44,802 bases of DNA from a virus (Duplodnaviria > Caudoviricetes). This document shows, piece after piece, positions 1-9,269 of the stretch (its first letter is position 1; every line of letters starts with the position of its first letter). The stretch spans positions 1 through 44,802 of IMG/VR virus record IMGVR_UViG_3300043178_000202, one strand, 5' to 3'. Below the pieces are notes generated by a model. That model was not told the origin of the DNA, ran no database searches, and was given only the letters and a program-made list of their open reading frames with translations. A program made the position numbers and the translations under genes.

Positions 1-252
1 ATGCTGCGCGCGATGCGGGCGCTCCGTGTCGAGGTCCGGATCGTGTGGGATGTCAGCCAGTCGGACACCACGCGTCTCCCGCCGGGCGTGGCCCAGACCC
101 CGGCCGCCGATGCCACGTGGAACGCCATGCGGACGCTCGCGGCCCTCGTGCGCCAGCACGTCCCGGACGGGCCCGTCTCTCTCCTCATGGGCTGGGGCCT
201 GGAGCAGGGCCCGGGCTGTCTCCCGCCGGAGATCGATGCCTCAGTCGCCTGA
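1..252 (+). CDS. Hypothetical phage protein (start may lie outside the window)
   Basis: ORF with GC-rich codon usage, overlapping the next ORF. Confidence 0.4.
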   Translation: MLRAMRALRVEVRIVWDVSQSDTTRLPPGVAQTPAADATWNAMRTLAALVRQHVPDGPVSLLMGWGLEQGPGCLPPEIDASVA

Positions 253-556
253 CCGCCGACGCCCCCCCCACGCCCTCCCGGAGGGCACGATCGTCTGTCT
301 CCCGGGGCTGGCTCAACGCTGCGAGCGCTGCGGCCGGCCGTCGATCGAGGCGTGGCAGGCCGCCGACGGATGCTGGTACGACGACCGCATGGGCGCCTGG
401 CGCGACACGGCGGGCCGTCCGCCGCGGGAGCAGCCGGTGCCGCATGACCATGATCCCGCGGCGGAAGGCGCGGAGTACCGGGCGGCGTATGTCGGGCGCG
501 TCGCGGGGCGCGTGCGGTGCATGAGGTGTGGGGAAGAGGAGGCGGAGGCGCCATGA
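236..556 (+). CDS. Hypothetical protein with CxxC pairs (putative Zn-binding)
   Basis: CERC and CMRC motifs. Stop overlaps the next ATG (ATGA). Confidence 0.5.
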   Translation: MPQSPDRRRPPHALPEGTIVCLPGLAQRCERCGRPSIEAWQAADGCWYDDRMGAWRDTAGRPPREQPVPHDHDPAAEGAEYRAAYVGRVAGRVRCMRCGEEEAEAP

Positions 557-705
557 TCAGGAAAACCGCGCGTGGGTACGAGGTCCGATCGGAGTCGACC
601 GGCCGGCGTCTGGGCGGTCCCTACCCGTCTCGGGCGCACGCCGTCGAGCGGCTGCGGCAGGTCGAGTCCTTCAAGCGCCAGGGGCAGCGCCGCCGGGGTC
701 GATAG
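553..705 (+). CDS. Small basic phage protein (MIRK...GYEVRSE...LGGPYPSR...ERLRQVESFK type)
   Basis: GGAGG RBS and ATGA coupling. Resembles a recurrent small phage protein family. Confidence 0.7.
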   Translation: MIRKTARGYEVRSESTGRRLGGPYPSRAHAVERLRQVESFKRQGQRRRGR

Positions 706-708
706 CCC

Positions 709-1260
709 ATGGGGGACGACGCCGCGCCGTCGCCGTCGCCCGGGGGCCCCGCGACCGACGATCCGCGGGCGCAGGGCCGCGACCTCAACGCCTACGTGTC
801 CGGCCAACGGATCCTCCGCGTCGAGACGGAGGTCCGGGCCGGCGCCGGGCCGTGGGGGACGGAGATCGGGCTCGACTCCGGCGACGCGGTCGGGATCCGC
901 GTCGCCCTCCCGCATCCCAACATCACGAGCGCGACGGGCGTCCGCGCCACGCTCGCCTGGCACTACCTCCCGGCCCGGCGGGTCCTGCGGCCGCTCGCCC
1001 CGGCGATGCGGCGCTACCATCCGGGCGACGGCTCGGCCATTCAGCAGGAGCTCTCGGCCTATCTCGTCGGCCAGGTCATCGACCGCATCGAGGCCGGGGG
1101 CCTGACCGAAGAAGGCGCGGGCGTCTCCCGCCTCCTCCTTCGCACGGGGGAGTCGGCCCTGGTCTTTCCCTTGCCGACGAGCGCCGGCTGGATCGTCACC
1201 TGGGCCTTCCAATCGGGCGCCCCGCATCTCATCACGCCCGGCGTGGGCTGGCTCAATTAA
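709..1260 (+). CDS. Hypothetical protein
   Basis: Globular-looking composition and typical codon bias. Confidence 0.6.
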   Translation: MGDDAAPSPSPGGPATDDPRAQGRDLNAYVSGQRILRVETEVRAGAGPWGTEIGLDSGDAVGIRVALPHPNITSATGVRATLAWHYLPARRVLRPLAPAMRRYHPGDGSAIQQELSAYLVGQVIDRIEAGGLTEEGAGVSRLLLRTGESALVFPLPTSAGWIVTWAFQSGAPHLITPGVGWLN

Positions 1261-1263
1261 GGC

Positions 1264-1722
1264 GTGGACCCGGTCGTCCGCGACCAGCTCCGCCCATGGC
1301 AGGCGCTCGCGGCGGCCGTGATCCGGCAGGCGCTCGATGACCTCCGCCCCATCGCCCGACGCGCCTCCCCCACGCCCTCCTGGGATGCCCGCCGGTGGGC
1401 GCATCACGACGCGCTCGACTTCCTCCGGCGGCGGTTGTGGGATCCCGCGTCGCTCTGGCGGCTGTGGCTTCCCATGCTGCGGCGCGAGGCCATCAAGCGG
1501 GCCCTCGAGCTGCGGCTGGGCGAGCTCGTGCGCTGCGAGCGCTGCCACGGGGCCGGGACCATGCCGAAGCCCGGCCCCCAACATCTCGCGCTCCGGCTGA
1601 CGTGCGCCCGCTGCCGGGGCGAGGGCGTCCTGCCGGGGCGAGGGCGTCCTGCCGGGGCTCCAGACCGGGACATGACGGCGGACGATCCGGCCCTCCGTCG
1701 CGCGCCGCTCGCCGGGGCGTGA
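1264..1722 (+). CDS. Phage protein with a DnaJ-type Zn finger (possible late transcription regulator)
   Basis: LAAAVIRQALDD motif, CERCHGAG and CARCRGEG (CxxCxGxG), located upstream of terminase. Confidence 0.6.
   Translation: MDPVVRDQLRPWQALAAAVIRQALDDLRPIARRASPTPSWDARRWAHHDALDFLRRRLWDPASLWRLWLPMLRREAIKRALELRLGELVRCERCHGAGTMPKPGPQHLALRLTCARCRGEGVLPGRGRPAGAPDRDMTADDPALRRAPLAGA
1611..1658 (+). repeat. 19-bp tandem repeat (2.5 copies)
   Basis: CTGCCGGGGCGAGGGCGTC at 1611 and 1630, partial copy at 1649. Confidence 0.9.
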
Positions 1723-1725
1723 GGC

Positions 1726-2172
1726 ATGCCCATCCGTCGCCGTCCGTCTTCGCCGCGATCGACCCCGTCGCCCGCTCCGTCGCCGCCGGCGCCGCCGCCA
1801 TCCGCGCCGCCGGGCCCGGAGGCCGCCGAGCCGGGCCTCCGGACGCCGACCCAGCCCCTCCGGCCGGACCCGCCCCGGCCCAAGCCGCCGGAGGTCGTCA
1901 TGGCCGAGACGCTCGCCGAGCAGGCTGCCGCCATGCGGCAGGTCACGGCCGCCCTGGAGGATGCGCGGGCCCGGGCCGCCGTCACGCTGCAGGCGCTCCG
2001 CCAGGAGCTGGCGCGCGCTCGGCGCGAGTACGACGCCGAGCTGGGGAGCCTCGCGCAGGCCCGCGACCGGTTGCGCGCCGAGATCGGGACCTTGCAGGAG
2101 CAGCGGGTCCTCGCCGAGCAGGCGCTCGAGCGGCAGCTGGAGGATCTGGGCCGCCTCGGAGGGCGCGCCTGA
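1726..2172 (+). CDS. Pro-rich, coiled-coil hypothetical protein
   Basis: Pro-rich N-terminus followed by a heptad-rich C-terminus. Confidence 0.6.
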   Translation: MPIRRRPSSPRSTPSPAPSPPAPPPSAPPGPEAAEPGLRTPTQPLRPDPPRPKPPEVVMAETLAEQAAAMRQVTAALEDARARAAVTLQALRQELARARREYDAELGSLAQARDRLRAEIGTLQEQRVLAEQALERQLEDLGRLGGRA

Positions 2173-2194
2173 CGCCGCTGGAGCTCCGCCTCGG

Positions 2195-2366
2195 CCGGGC
2201 CCGCGCGATCCGCCCGCTCCCGGAGGCGCGCGCCCGGTGTCTTGACGCTCGCATCCGAAAGCAGTGGGATGGGCCCACGTCAAAAGCGGGCGGGCGCCGC
2301 CTCGAGGGGCGAACCTGGGATGCCTTTCCTGCTCCGACAGAGAGGAGTCAGTTCGTACTCGCCTGA
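2195..2366 (+). pseudogene. C-terminal remnant of a phage Gp37/Gp68 (DUF5131) protein
   Basis: KQWDGPTSKAGGRRLEGRTWDAFP matches the family C-terminus KQWGG..KAGGRLLDGRTWDEFP. No N-terminal part or start codon. Confidence 0.7.
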
Positions 2367-2560
2367 CCGGAACTGAATGGCCACGCCCAAGACCACCCGC
2401 TGGCGCGTGGCTTCCGATGGTACGCCCTCCCCGACGCCCCCGTCCTCCCGCCCGCGCCCGAGACGTCCATGGGCGAGACCTAGGCTAGACTCGGATCAGG
2501 GCGGGACGCATTGACGCGCGCCCAGTCCCGGGAGGGGCTGGGCGCGCGGGGTGTGTGGGG

Positions 2561-2971
2561 ATGGCGATGAGCGGGACCTCGATCGAGGGCACGTGGGTAC
2601 CGAAGCATGGCCATGGACGCATGCGGCCGAAGTGGCGGAAGGGGGAGGTCCCGAACCCGACGGGCCGGCCGAAAGGCCCGCGGGACTACATTCGCGCCCA
2701 GACGGCCAACGGCGAAGAGCTGGTCCAGCACGCGCTCGCCATCATGCGCAGTCCGAAGGCGCCCTGGACCGCCCGGACGGAGGCCCGGCGCGACCTCATG
2801 GCCTACCTCTGGGGCCGGCCGCCGCAGTATCTCAACGTGACGACGGAGCAGCCGATCGTCGTCTACCCGCCCGCCGCGCTGCCGCCGGCCGACCCCGCCG
2901 CGGCTCCGCCGTCCGCCGCATCCGCCACGGACGCCACGGACGCCACGGTCGTCGTGGAGCCGCCGGGGTGA
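2561..2971 (+). CDS. terS: Terminase small subunit (DUF5681-like)
   Basis: WRKGEVPNPTGRPKG motif. Directly upstream of and overlapping terL. Confidence 0.7.
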   Translation: MAMSGTSIEGTWVPKHGHGRMRPKWRKGEVPNPTGRPKGPRDYIRAQTANGEELVQHALAIMRSPKAPWTARTEARRDLMAYLWGRPPQYLNVTTEQPIVVYPPAALPPADPAAAPPSAASATDATDATVVVEPPG

Positions 2972-4434
2972 AGATCGTCCCGACGCCCACGCAGTGGCGC
3001 TTCATGACCTCGGACGCCTTCGTGGTCATGTTGTTCGGGCCGCGGGGCGAGGGGAAGACCTACGCGGGCTACTACCGCCTCCTCTACCAGGCGAGCCGGC
3101 TCCCGCCCGGGGTCCGGCCGCTCCGCGTCGCCATCATCCGCGATACGCTCGTCAACCTGCGGGACTCGACGATCCGGACGCTCCACGAGCTCGAAGGCCG
3201 GGGCATCGCCGTCCAGTGGCAGCACGACCAGGGCCACGAAGCCGGCGCGCTGGTGGGGGGCGGGCTCCTCGAGCTGCGGTTCATCGGCCTCGACCGCATG
3301 GCCGAAGTCAATCGCCTGCAGGGCCTGGGCGTCGGCGTGGTCTGGCTCGAAGAGCCGGCGCCCGCAGCGGAGCTGAGCGGCGGCATTCCGCCCGAGGTCT
3401 TCGGCGTCGCGGCGACTTCGCTCCGCCAGCCCGGTGTCGTGCAGGGCTGGATTCAGATCACGATGAATCCCCCGGACGAAGACCACTGGACCCTCGCCGT
3501 CGCCGACCGGATCCAGACCCTCGCGCCGTCGCTCCAGGCGAGTCTCCCCCAGCTCGCGGCGCGGCCCATGGTCGCGCTCTACCGGATTCCGAAGGGCGAG
3601 AATCCCCACTACGCGGACCAGCGCCGCGCCGAGAACCGGCTGGCCCTGGAAGCCACGGGCCGCCGCGATCTCGTCCAGCGCCTGATCGAAGGCCAGATCG
3701 GCCAGGTCATCCTCGGCGAGCCCGTGATGCCCGAGTACTCGGATAGCCTGCACGTCGCGGAGGCGCCGCTGCCGGTCCTCCGCCAGGGCACGCTCGTCCG
3801 GAGCTGGGACTTCGGCCTGACGCCGACCTGCATCTGGTCGCAGATCACGCCCTCCGGCCACGCGCACGTGCTGTGGGCCGTGCAGGGCGTCAATCAGGGG
3901 CTCGCGCAGCTCCTCGACGAGCAGGTCCTCCCCTGGGAGGCCGACTTCCTGCGCGGCTTCGAGGGCGCGATCCGGGACGTGGGCGACCGGGCCGGGACAC
4001 AGCGCGAGCAGTCCAACTCCGAGCGCACGGCTGTGGCGCTGCTCGAATCGCGCCTGCGGGCCGCCGTCGGTCCCCACGCCCCGCCGGCGGTCTTCGAGCC
4101 CGGGCCCGTGCCGTGGGCGCCGCGGCGCGACGCGCTCAAGGCGCTCCTGAGCCGCCTCTCCCGCGGTCGGCCGATCCTGCAGGTGGACCCGGAGTGCCGG
4201 CTCGTCCGGCGGGCCTTGCGGGGGGGATGGCACTACCCGAAGGACGCGCTCGGCCGCATCACCCCGACGCTGGAGGCGGCCAAGCGCGCGTCTGGCCTCC
4301 ATGACCACGTCGGGCACGCCCTCGCGTATCTCGCGGCCGCTCTCTTCCCCGTCGATGAGGCGACCTGGCGGCCACGATGGAGCCGCCCGCCCGAGCCCCA
4401 TCATCGGCCGGCCCTGGCCTGGATGCACGTGTAA
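2968..4434 (+). CDS. terL: Terminase large subunit
   Basis: PTPTQ adenine motif, Walker A GPRGEGKT, Walker B VVWLEE, coupling motif TMNP, nuclease SWDFG. GTGA overlap with terS. Confidence 0.92.
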   Translation: MKIVPTPTQWRFMTSDAFVVMLFGPRGEGKTYAGYYRLLYQASRLPPGVRPLRVAIIRDTLVNLRDSTIRTLHELEGRGIAVQWQHDQGHEAGALVGGGLLELRFIGLDRMAEVNRLQGLGVGVVWLEEPAPAAELSGGIPPEVFGVAATSLRQPGVVQGWIQITMNPPDEDHWTLAVADRIQTLAPSLQASLPQLAARPMVALYRIPKGENPHYADQRRAENRLALEATGRRDLVQRLIEGQIGQVILGEPVMPEYSDSLHVAEAPLPVLRQGTLVRSWDFGLTPTCIWSQITPSGHAHVLWAVQGVNQGLAQLLDEQVLPWEADFLRGFEGAIRDVGDRAGTQREQSNSERTAVALLESRLRAAVGPHAPPAVFEPGPVPWAPRRDALKALLSRLSRGRPILQVDPECRLVRRALRGGWHYPKDALGRITPTLEAAKRASGLHDHVGHALAYLAAALFPVDEATWRPRWSRPPEPHHRPALAWMHV

Positions 4435-4444
4435 GGAGGCGACG

Positions 4445-5437
4445 ATGCCCATCAGCGGTGTGGTGCCTGTCAGTGTGCGGCCGGGTCTCGAAACGGGCCT
4501 GATCCAGCTCGAAGGCCAGGACCCGCGACTCGGCCGGGGCCCGGCCGGCCTGGCCGGTCTCAACGTCCTCCACGATCTCTACGCGCGGCGACGTCCCTCG
4601 ATGGCCGGGGCGGTGCGGTTCGAAGGCGATGACACCGGCCGCTTCCGCCTCACGGCCCCCGAGTCGGAGCGCGAGGCTCTGCTGGGCGCCCTCTCGGACC
4701 TCGCGCTCGATCCGGTCGTGGCTGCGGGCTATCGCCCCGGCTACGGGGAGTTCGACACGAGCTACGGCGGTCCCGTCTACCGGCACTACGGGTATCAGAC
4801 CCCGACCGGCGAGTTTCGGTTCGTCCCCACGACGGCCGGGGTGCTGGCGCGACCGACGCAGGCCGCGCCGCCGGGGGTCGAGTGGCATCCCGGGCTCGGG
4901 CAGTACGTGTATGCGGGGACGGCCGTGCCGGCGCCCGAGAGCCTCCTCGGCCAGACGGCGACACAGCCCTTCACGCCCCCCTACCAGGTGCCGACCGCCG
5001 GCACCGCCGTGCCGCAGCCGCTGGACTACGGGGGCGGGCTCCTCGCGATTCCGCTCGATCCCCAGCTCTTCGCCCTCCACGTGCGCTATGCCTACGGCGG
5101 GACGGCGCCGGTCCTCTCGCAGTATCGGACACCCGCGCCGCCCCCGCCGCCCCCGCCGGCGCCCGGGCCTTCCGCCACGCAGACGTCGCCCCGCCGGCTG
5201 GTCTACCGCACGCCGCCGACGACAGGGAATTGGGGCACGACGACCACCACGCCCGCGGACTATCCCGACAGCTCGACTCCCGGCTATGGGCCTCCGGGCG
5301 ACGAGGAGACCACGACCGGCCCGCTGGCCGGGCCTCCGCCCGGCGGGTTCGAGTTCGCCGGGGAACCCGGCGCCGAAGGAATCGGCGGCGCCGAAGATGC
5401 CGCCGGATCGGATGCTGACGGCTTCGGGCCGTGGTGA
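4445..5437 (+). CDS. Hypothetical protein with an acidic/Pro-rich C-terminus
   Basis: Strong AAGGAGG RBS, coupled to the next gene. Confidence 0.7.
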   Translation: MPISGVVPVSVRPGLETGLIQLEGQDPRLGRGPAGLAGLNVLHDLYARRRPSMAGAVRFEGDDTGRFRLTAPESEREALLGALSDLALDPVVAAGYRPGYGEFDTSYGGPVYRHYGYQTPTGEFRFVPTTAGVLARPTQAAPPGVEWHPGLGQYVYAGTAVPAPESLLGQTATQPFTPPYQVPTAGTAVPQPLDYGGGLLAIPLDPQLFALHVRYAYGGTAPVLSQYRTPAPPPPPPPAPGPSATQTSPRRLVYRTPPTTGNWGTTTTTPADYPDSSTPGYGPPGDEETTTGPLAGPPPGGFEFAGEPGAEGIGGAEDAAGSDADGFGPW

Positions 5438-6648
5438 GCCTCCGGCATCGCCTGACGAGCGCCCAGCCCAACAGCCCTGACGCCGCGCGTGTCCGGCCGA
5501 CGGAGTGGAACGAGACGCATGTCCTGAGCGGCGGGACGGCGGGGCAGGTCCTCCAGCGGGACACGGGCGCGTCGGACGGCTGGTCCTGGACGACGCTGCC
5601 GGATGTCTTCGGCCCCGGCGTCGTGACGCTCCTCAACGCGACGGGCGTCGCGCTTTCGGCGGGCGACGTCGTCGCCCTCGATCCCACGACGGATCAGGCC
5701 GTCCGGTTGGGCGATACGGCGAGCTCGCTGGACGTCTTTGTCGTCGCCGCGGAGAGCATCGCGCCGAGCGTGACCGGACGGTTCTTCCGTCATGGTCTCG
5801 TGACGGTCAAGGTCCAGGGCGCCGTGACCCGCGGGCGGTATCTGGTCAAGAGCGCCACGAGCCGCGCGATGGGCGACTCGGGGGTCGCGATGGGCCCCAC
5901 GACCCTGGCCCCTTCGGCGGCGCTCGCCGTCGCCACGACCGCGGCCGCCGGCCCGGATGCCGGGACCGTGACCGCCTATCTCCTCGCCGACACCGGCCGC
6001 ACGCCACCGCCCTCCGTCGCGCTGATCGCGATCCGGACCTTCACGAGTTCCGGCACGTGGACGAAGCCGTCGGAACTCCATCATATCGTGGCGGTCGTCA
6101 CGGGCGGCGGCGGGGCGGGCGGGAGTGCGAATGCGGGGGATGACAAGGCCGGCGGCGGCGGCGGGGCGGGGGCGACGGCCATGCTCCGGATTCCCGCATC
6201 GAGCCTCGGCGCGACGGAGGCCGTGACGGTCGGCGCGGGCGGGACGCCGGTCGCGGATAGCACGGGGAATACGGGCGGGACGTCGAGCTTCGGCGCGTTC
6301 GTGAGCGCGGCCGGCGGCGGCGGCGGGGCGGGCCGGAACGACTATGCCGTGGGAGGGACAGGCGCAGCCACGCCAGGCACCGGCGACGTGACGCTGGCGG
6401 GCGGGGGCGGCGGATGGGGCGGCGGACGGTCGACCGCGGCGGTCCAGCTGAAGTATGGCGGACTCGGGGGCGCGTCATGCTGGGGCGGCGGCGCTCGCGA
6501 GACCTATCAGAACGCCGATGGTCAGCCGGGCGTGGCGTATGGCAGCGGCGGCGCGGGGGCTGCGGCGTATGGCAGCGGCTTTCCAAACCGCCTCGGCGGC
6601 GCGGGCGCGAGCGGGGTCGTGGTCGTCTGGGAGTACGGCACGCCATGA
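5434..6648 (+). CDS. Glycine-rich fibre/adhesin protein, paralogue 1
   Basis: N-terminal RPTEWNETH motif, central GDVVALD...VTVKVQGAV domain, C-terminal FTSSGTWTKP...GGGG...GVVVVWEY glycine-rich domain. Confidence 0.8.
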   Translation: MSLRHRLTSAQPNSPDAARVRPTEWNETHVLSGGTAGQVLQRDTGASDGWSWTTLPDVFGPGVVTLLNATGVALSAGDVVALDPTTDQAVRLGDTASSLDVFVVAAESIAPSVTGRFFRHGLVTVKVQGAVTRGRYLVKSATSRAMGDSGVAMGPTTLAPSAALAVATTAAAGPDAGTVTAYLLADTGRTPPPSVALIAIRTFTSSGTWTKPSELHHIVAVVTGGGGAGGSANAGDDKAGGGGGAGATAMLRIPASSLGATEAVTVGAGGTPVADSTGNTGGTSSFGAFVSAAGGGGGAGRNDYAVGGTGAATPGTGDVTLAGGGGGWGGGRSTAAVQLKYGGLGGASCWGGGARETYQNADGQPGVAYGSGGAGAAAYGSGFPNRLGGAGASGVVVVWEYGTP

Positions 6649-7850
6649 GCCTGCGGCATCGGTTCCAGAGCGCCGTGCCCACGGGGAGCAACGCCGCGCT
6701 CATCCGCCCGTCCGACTGGAACGACACGCATGTCCTGAGCGGCGGGACGGCGGGGCAGGTCCTCCAGCGCGACACGGGCGCGGCCGATGGCTGGTCCTGG
6801 ACGGATCGCCCCGACCCCGATGGCCCGAGCGGCCTGACGCTCCTCAACGCGACGGGCGTCGCGCTCTCGGCCGGTGACGTGGTCGCGCTCGATCCGACGA
6901 CGGACACCGCCGTGCGGTTGGGCGATACCGAGGGGTCCCTGGAGGTTTTCGTCGTCGCCGCGGAGAGCATCGCGCCGAGCGTGACGGGCCGCTTCTATCG
7001 GCATGGCGCCGTCACCGTGAAGGTCCAGGGCGCCGTGACCCGCGGGCGGTATCTGGTCAAGAGCGCCACGAGCCGCGCGATGGGCGACTCGGGGGTCGCG
7101 ATGGGACCGACCGCCTCCGCTCCACCCGGGGCCTGTGCGGTGGCGATGACGGCCGCGGCGGGTCCGGACCTCGGCACGGTGACCGCGTATCTGCTCGCGG
7201 ATGTGGCTCGACAGGGCGCCACGCGGGTGCGTCTCACGGCCATCCGGGCCTTCACGGCGTCCGGGACCTGGACCAAGCCCACGGGCCTCCATCATGTCGT
7301 CGTGTCCGTCACGGGCGGCGGCGGCGGCGGGGGTGGCGTCGTGTCGAATCGGAAGGGCGGCGGCGGCGGCGGGGCGGGGGCGACGGCGATCCTCCGCATC
7401 GAGGCCGCGAGCCTCGGCGCGACGGAGGCCGTGACGGTCGGGGCCGGAGGCGCGGGTGTCGCGGGAGGCAATGGTCTGGCGGGCGGGACGTCGAGCTTCG
7501 GGGCCTTCGTGAGCGCGGCGGGGGGAGGGGGGACCTCTGCGGGCGCCGAGACGACGGATCGGCCCGGCGACGGGGCCGCGCTGCCCAGCACGGGCGATCT
7601 TCGCTTAGGTGGTGGGGGGGGCACGGCAGGAGGGGACCTTGTTGCCGTGACCACTGCCGCGGCGGGGACGGGCGGGGCGTCCTTTTGGGGCCAGGGGGGG
7701 CGCGGGTCTGCGGCAAGCGGGAATGGCGACGCCGCCGTCGCACCGGGTGCGGGCGGGGGCGGCGCACGGAATAACACGGGCGGCAGTCAGAACTATGCCG
7801 GCGGCAACGGCGCCGACGGCCTCGTGGTCGTCTGGGAGTACGAGACATGA
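6645..7850 (+). CDS. Glycine-rich fibre/adhesin protein, paralogue 2
   Basis: Same architecture as paralogue 1. ATGA overlap. Confidence 0.8.
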   Translation: MSLRHRFQSAVPTGSNAALIRPSDWNDTHVLSGGTAGQVLQRDTGAADGWSWTDRPDPDGPSGLTLLNATGVALSAGDVVALDPTTDTAVRLGDTEGSLEVFVVAAESIAPSVTGRFYRHGAVTVKVQGAVTRGRYLVKSATSRAMGDSGVAMGPTASAPPGACAVAMTAAAGPDLGTVTAYLLADVARQGATRVRLTAIRAFTASGTWTKPTGLHHVVVSVTGGGGGGGGVVSNRKGGGGGGAGATAILRIEAASLGATEAVTVGAGGAGVAGGNGLAGGTSSFGAFVSAAGGGGTSAGAETTDRPGDGAALPSTGDLRLGGGGGTAGGDLVAVTTAAAGTGGASFWGQGGRGSAASGNGDAAVAPGAGGGGARNNTGGSQNYAGGNGADGLVVVWEYET

Positions 7851-9070
7851 CGATCCGCCATCGGTTCGTCTCCGCGAAGCCCGATAGCCCCGATCCCACG
7901 CGCGTGCATGCCTCCCACTGGAACGACACGCATGTCCTGAGCGGCGGCACGCCCGGGCAGCTCCTCCAGCGCGACACGGGCGCGTCGGACGGCTGGTCCT
8001 GGAGCGATCCGCCCGACGTGAACGGCCCCAGTGTCGTCCGCCTGCTGAACGCCACCGGGACCGCCCTCTCGGCGGGCGACGTCGTCGCCCTCGACCCGAC
8101 GACCGACACGGCCGTCCGGCTCGACGATACCGCCAGCGCGCAGGAGGCGTTCGTCGTCGCGGCCGAGGCCATTCCGAACAGCGTGACGGGCCGCTTCTAT
8201 CGGCATGGCGCCGTCACCGTGAAGGTCCAGGGCGCCGTGACGCGGGGCCGATACCTGGTCAAGAGCGCCACGAGCCGCGCCGCGGAGGATGCCGGGACCG
8301 CCATGGGCAGCGGGACGTTTGCGCCGCAGGCCGCCTTGAGCGTGGCGCTGACCGGCGCGGCGGGTCCGGGCGCAGGCAGCGTCATCGCCTATCTCCTCGG
8401 CGATGTCAGTCGCGAGGGGCCGCCCGGCGTCCTGTCCGCCATCCGGGCCTTCACGGCGTCCGGGACCTGGACCAAGCCCGCGAATCTGGACCATGTCGTC
8501 GTCTTCGTCACGGGCGGGGGGGGCGCAGGCGGCGGCCTCAGCGGATCCTCTCCGCGGGGCGGCGGCGGCGGCGGGGCGGGGGCGACGGCGATCCTCCGCA
8601 TCGAGGCCGCGAGCCTCGGCGCGACGGAGGCCGTGACGGTCGGCGCGGGCGGGACAGGCGTCAGCGGCGGCGCGGGCACTGACGGCGGCAGCTCCGGCTT
8701 CGGCGCGTTCGTGAGCGCGGCCGGCGGGAGCGGGGCATCGCTGGGTTCGAATCTTCCCTCGCCCGGAGGCGCGCCGGGCGCCGTTCCCAGCGCGGGAGAT
8801 GTGCGCATCGGGGGCGGGGGTGGCGTGTGGGGTGGGAGTTCCAAGGGCGCGGCCACGGGGACCCTCATCGGGGTGTCTGGCATGGGCGCAGCGTCGTACT
8901 GGGGTGGTGGCGCCCGAAGTCGCCCCGCGAGCGGGAATGGGGAGCCCGGTCAGGCGCCGGGCAGCGGCGGGGGCGGCGCGATCAACAACACCGGGGCCTC
9001 GCAGACGTATGCCGGCGGCAACGGCGTCAACGGCCTCGTGGTCGTCTGGGAGTACACGACGACGACGTGA
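7847..9070 (+). CDS. Glycine-rich fibre/adhesin protein, paralogue 3
   Basis: Same architecture as paralogue 1. ATGA overlap. Confidence 0.8.
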   Translation: MTIRHRFVSAKPDSPDPTRVHASHWNDTHVLSGGTPGQLLQRDTGASDGWSWSDPPDVNGPSVVRLLNATGTALSAGDVVALDPTTDTAVRLDDTASAQEAFVVAAEAIPNSVTGRFYRHGAVTVKVQGAVTRGRYLVKSATSRAAEDAGTAMGSGTFAPQAALSVALTGAAGPGAGSVIAYLLGDVSREGPPGVLSAIRAFTASGTWTKPANLDHVVVFVTGGGGAGGGLSGSSPRGGGGGGAGATAILRIEAASLGATEAVTVGAGGTGVSGGAGTDGGSSGFGAFVSAAGGSGASLGSNLPSPGGAPGAVPSAGDVRIGGGGGVWGGSSKGAATGTLIGVSGMGAASYWGGGARSRPASGNGEPGQAPGSGGGGAINNTGASQTYAGGNGVNGLVVVWEYTTTT

Positions 9071-9083
9071 GGAGGAGGGACGC

Positions 9084-9263
9084 ATGCCTTCGCGGTATCT
9101 CGTCCTCGATCCGACGGGACTCGTGGTCAATGCCATCGTCGCGGCCGATGCGGCGACGGCCCAGGCGGTCATCCCGCCCGGCCATACCGTGGTGATCGAC
9201 GACCGCTACGGACCCGGCTGGCGTCGCGACCCCGAGACGGGCGCCTGGACGCCCCCGGCCTGA
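9084..9263 (+). CDS. Small fibre-associated protein (putative assembly chaperone)
   Basis: GGAGGAGG RBS. G.VVNAIV...GPGW......WTPP pattern typical of small genes following Gly-rich fibres. Confidence 0.65.
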   Translation: MPSRYLVLDPTGLVVNAIVAADAATAQAVIPPGHTVVIDDRYGPGWRRDPETGAWTPPA

Positions 9264-9269
9264 TCCGCC

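Noticed and set aside
2551-2967. 627-aa terminase starting at 2551
   Set aside because: The upstream extension overlaps terS in another frame. The GTG at 2968 gives a normal TerL N-terminus with GTGA coupling.
5434-9070. Diversity-generating retroelement acting on the fibre genes
   Set aside because: No reverse transcriptase is present, and differences between copies are not adenine-specific TR/VR patterns.
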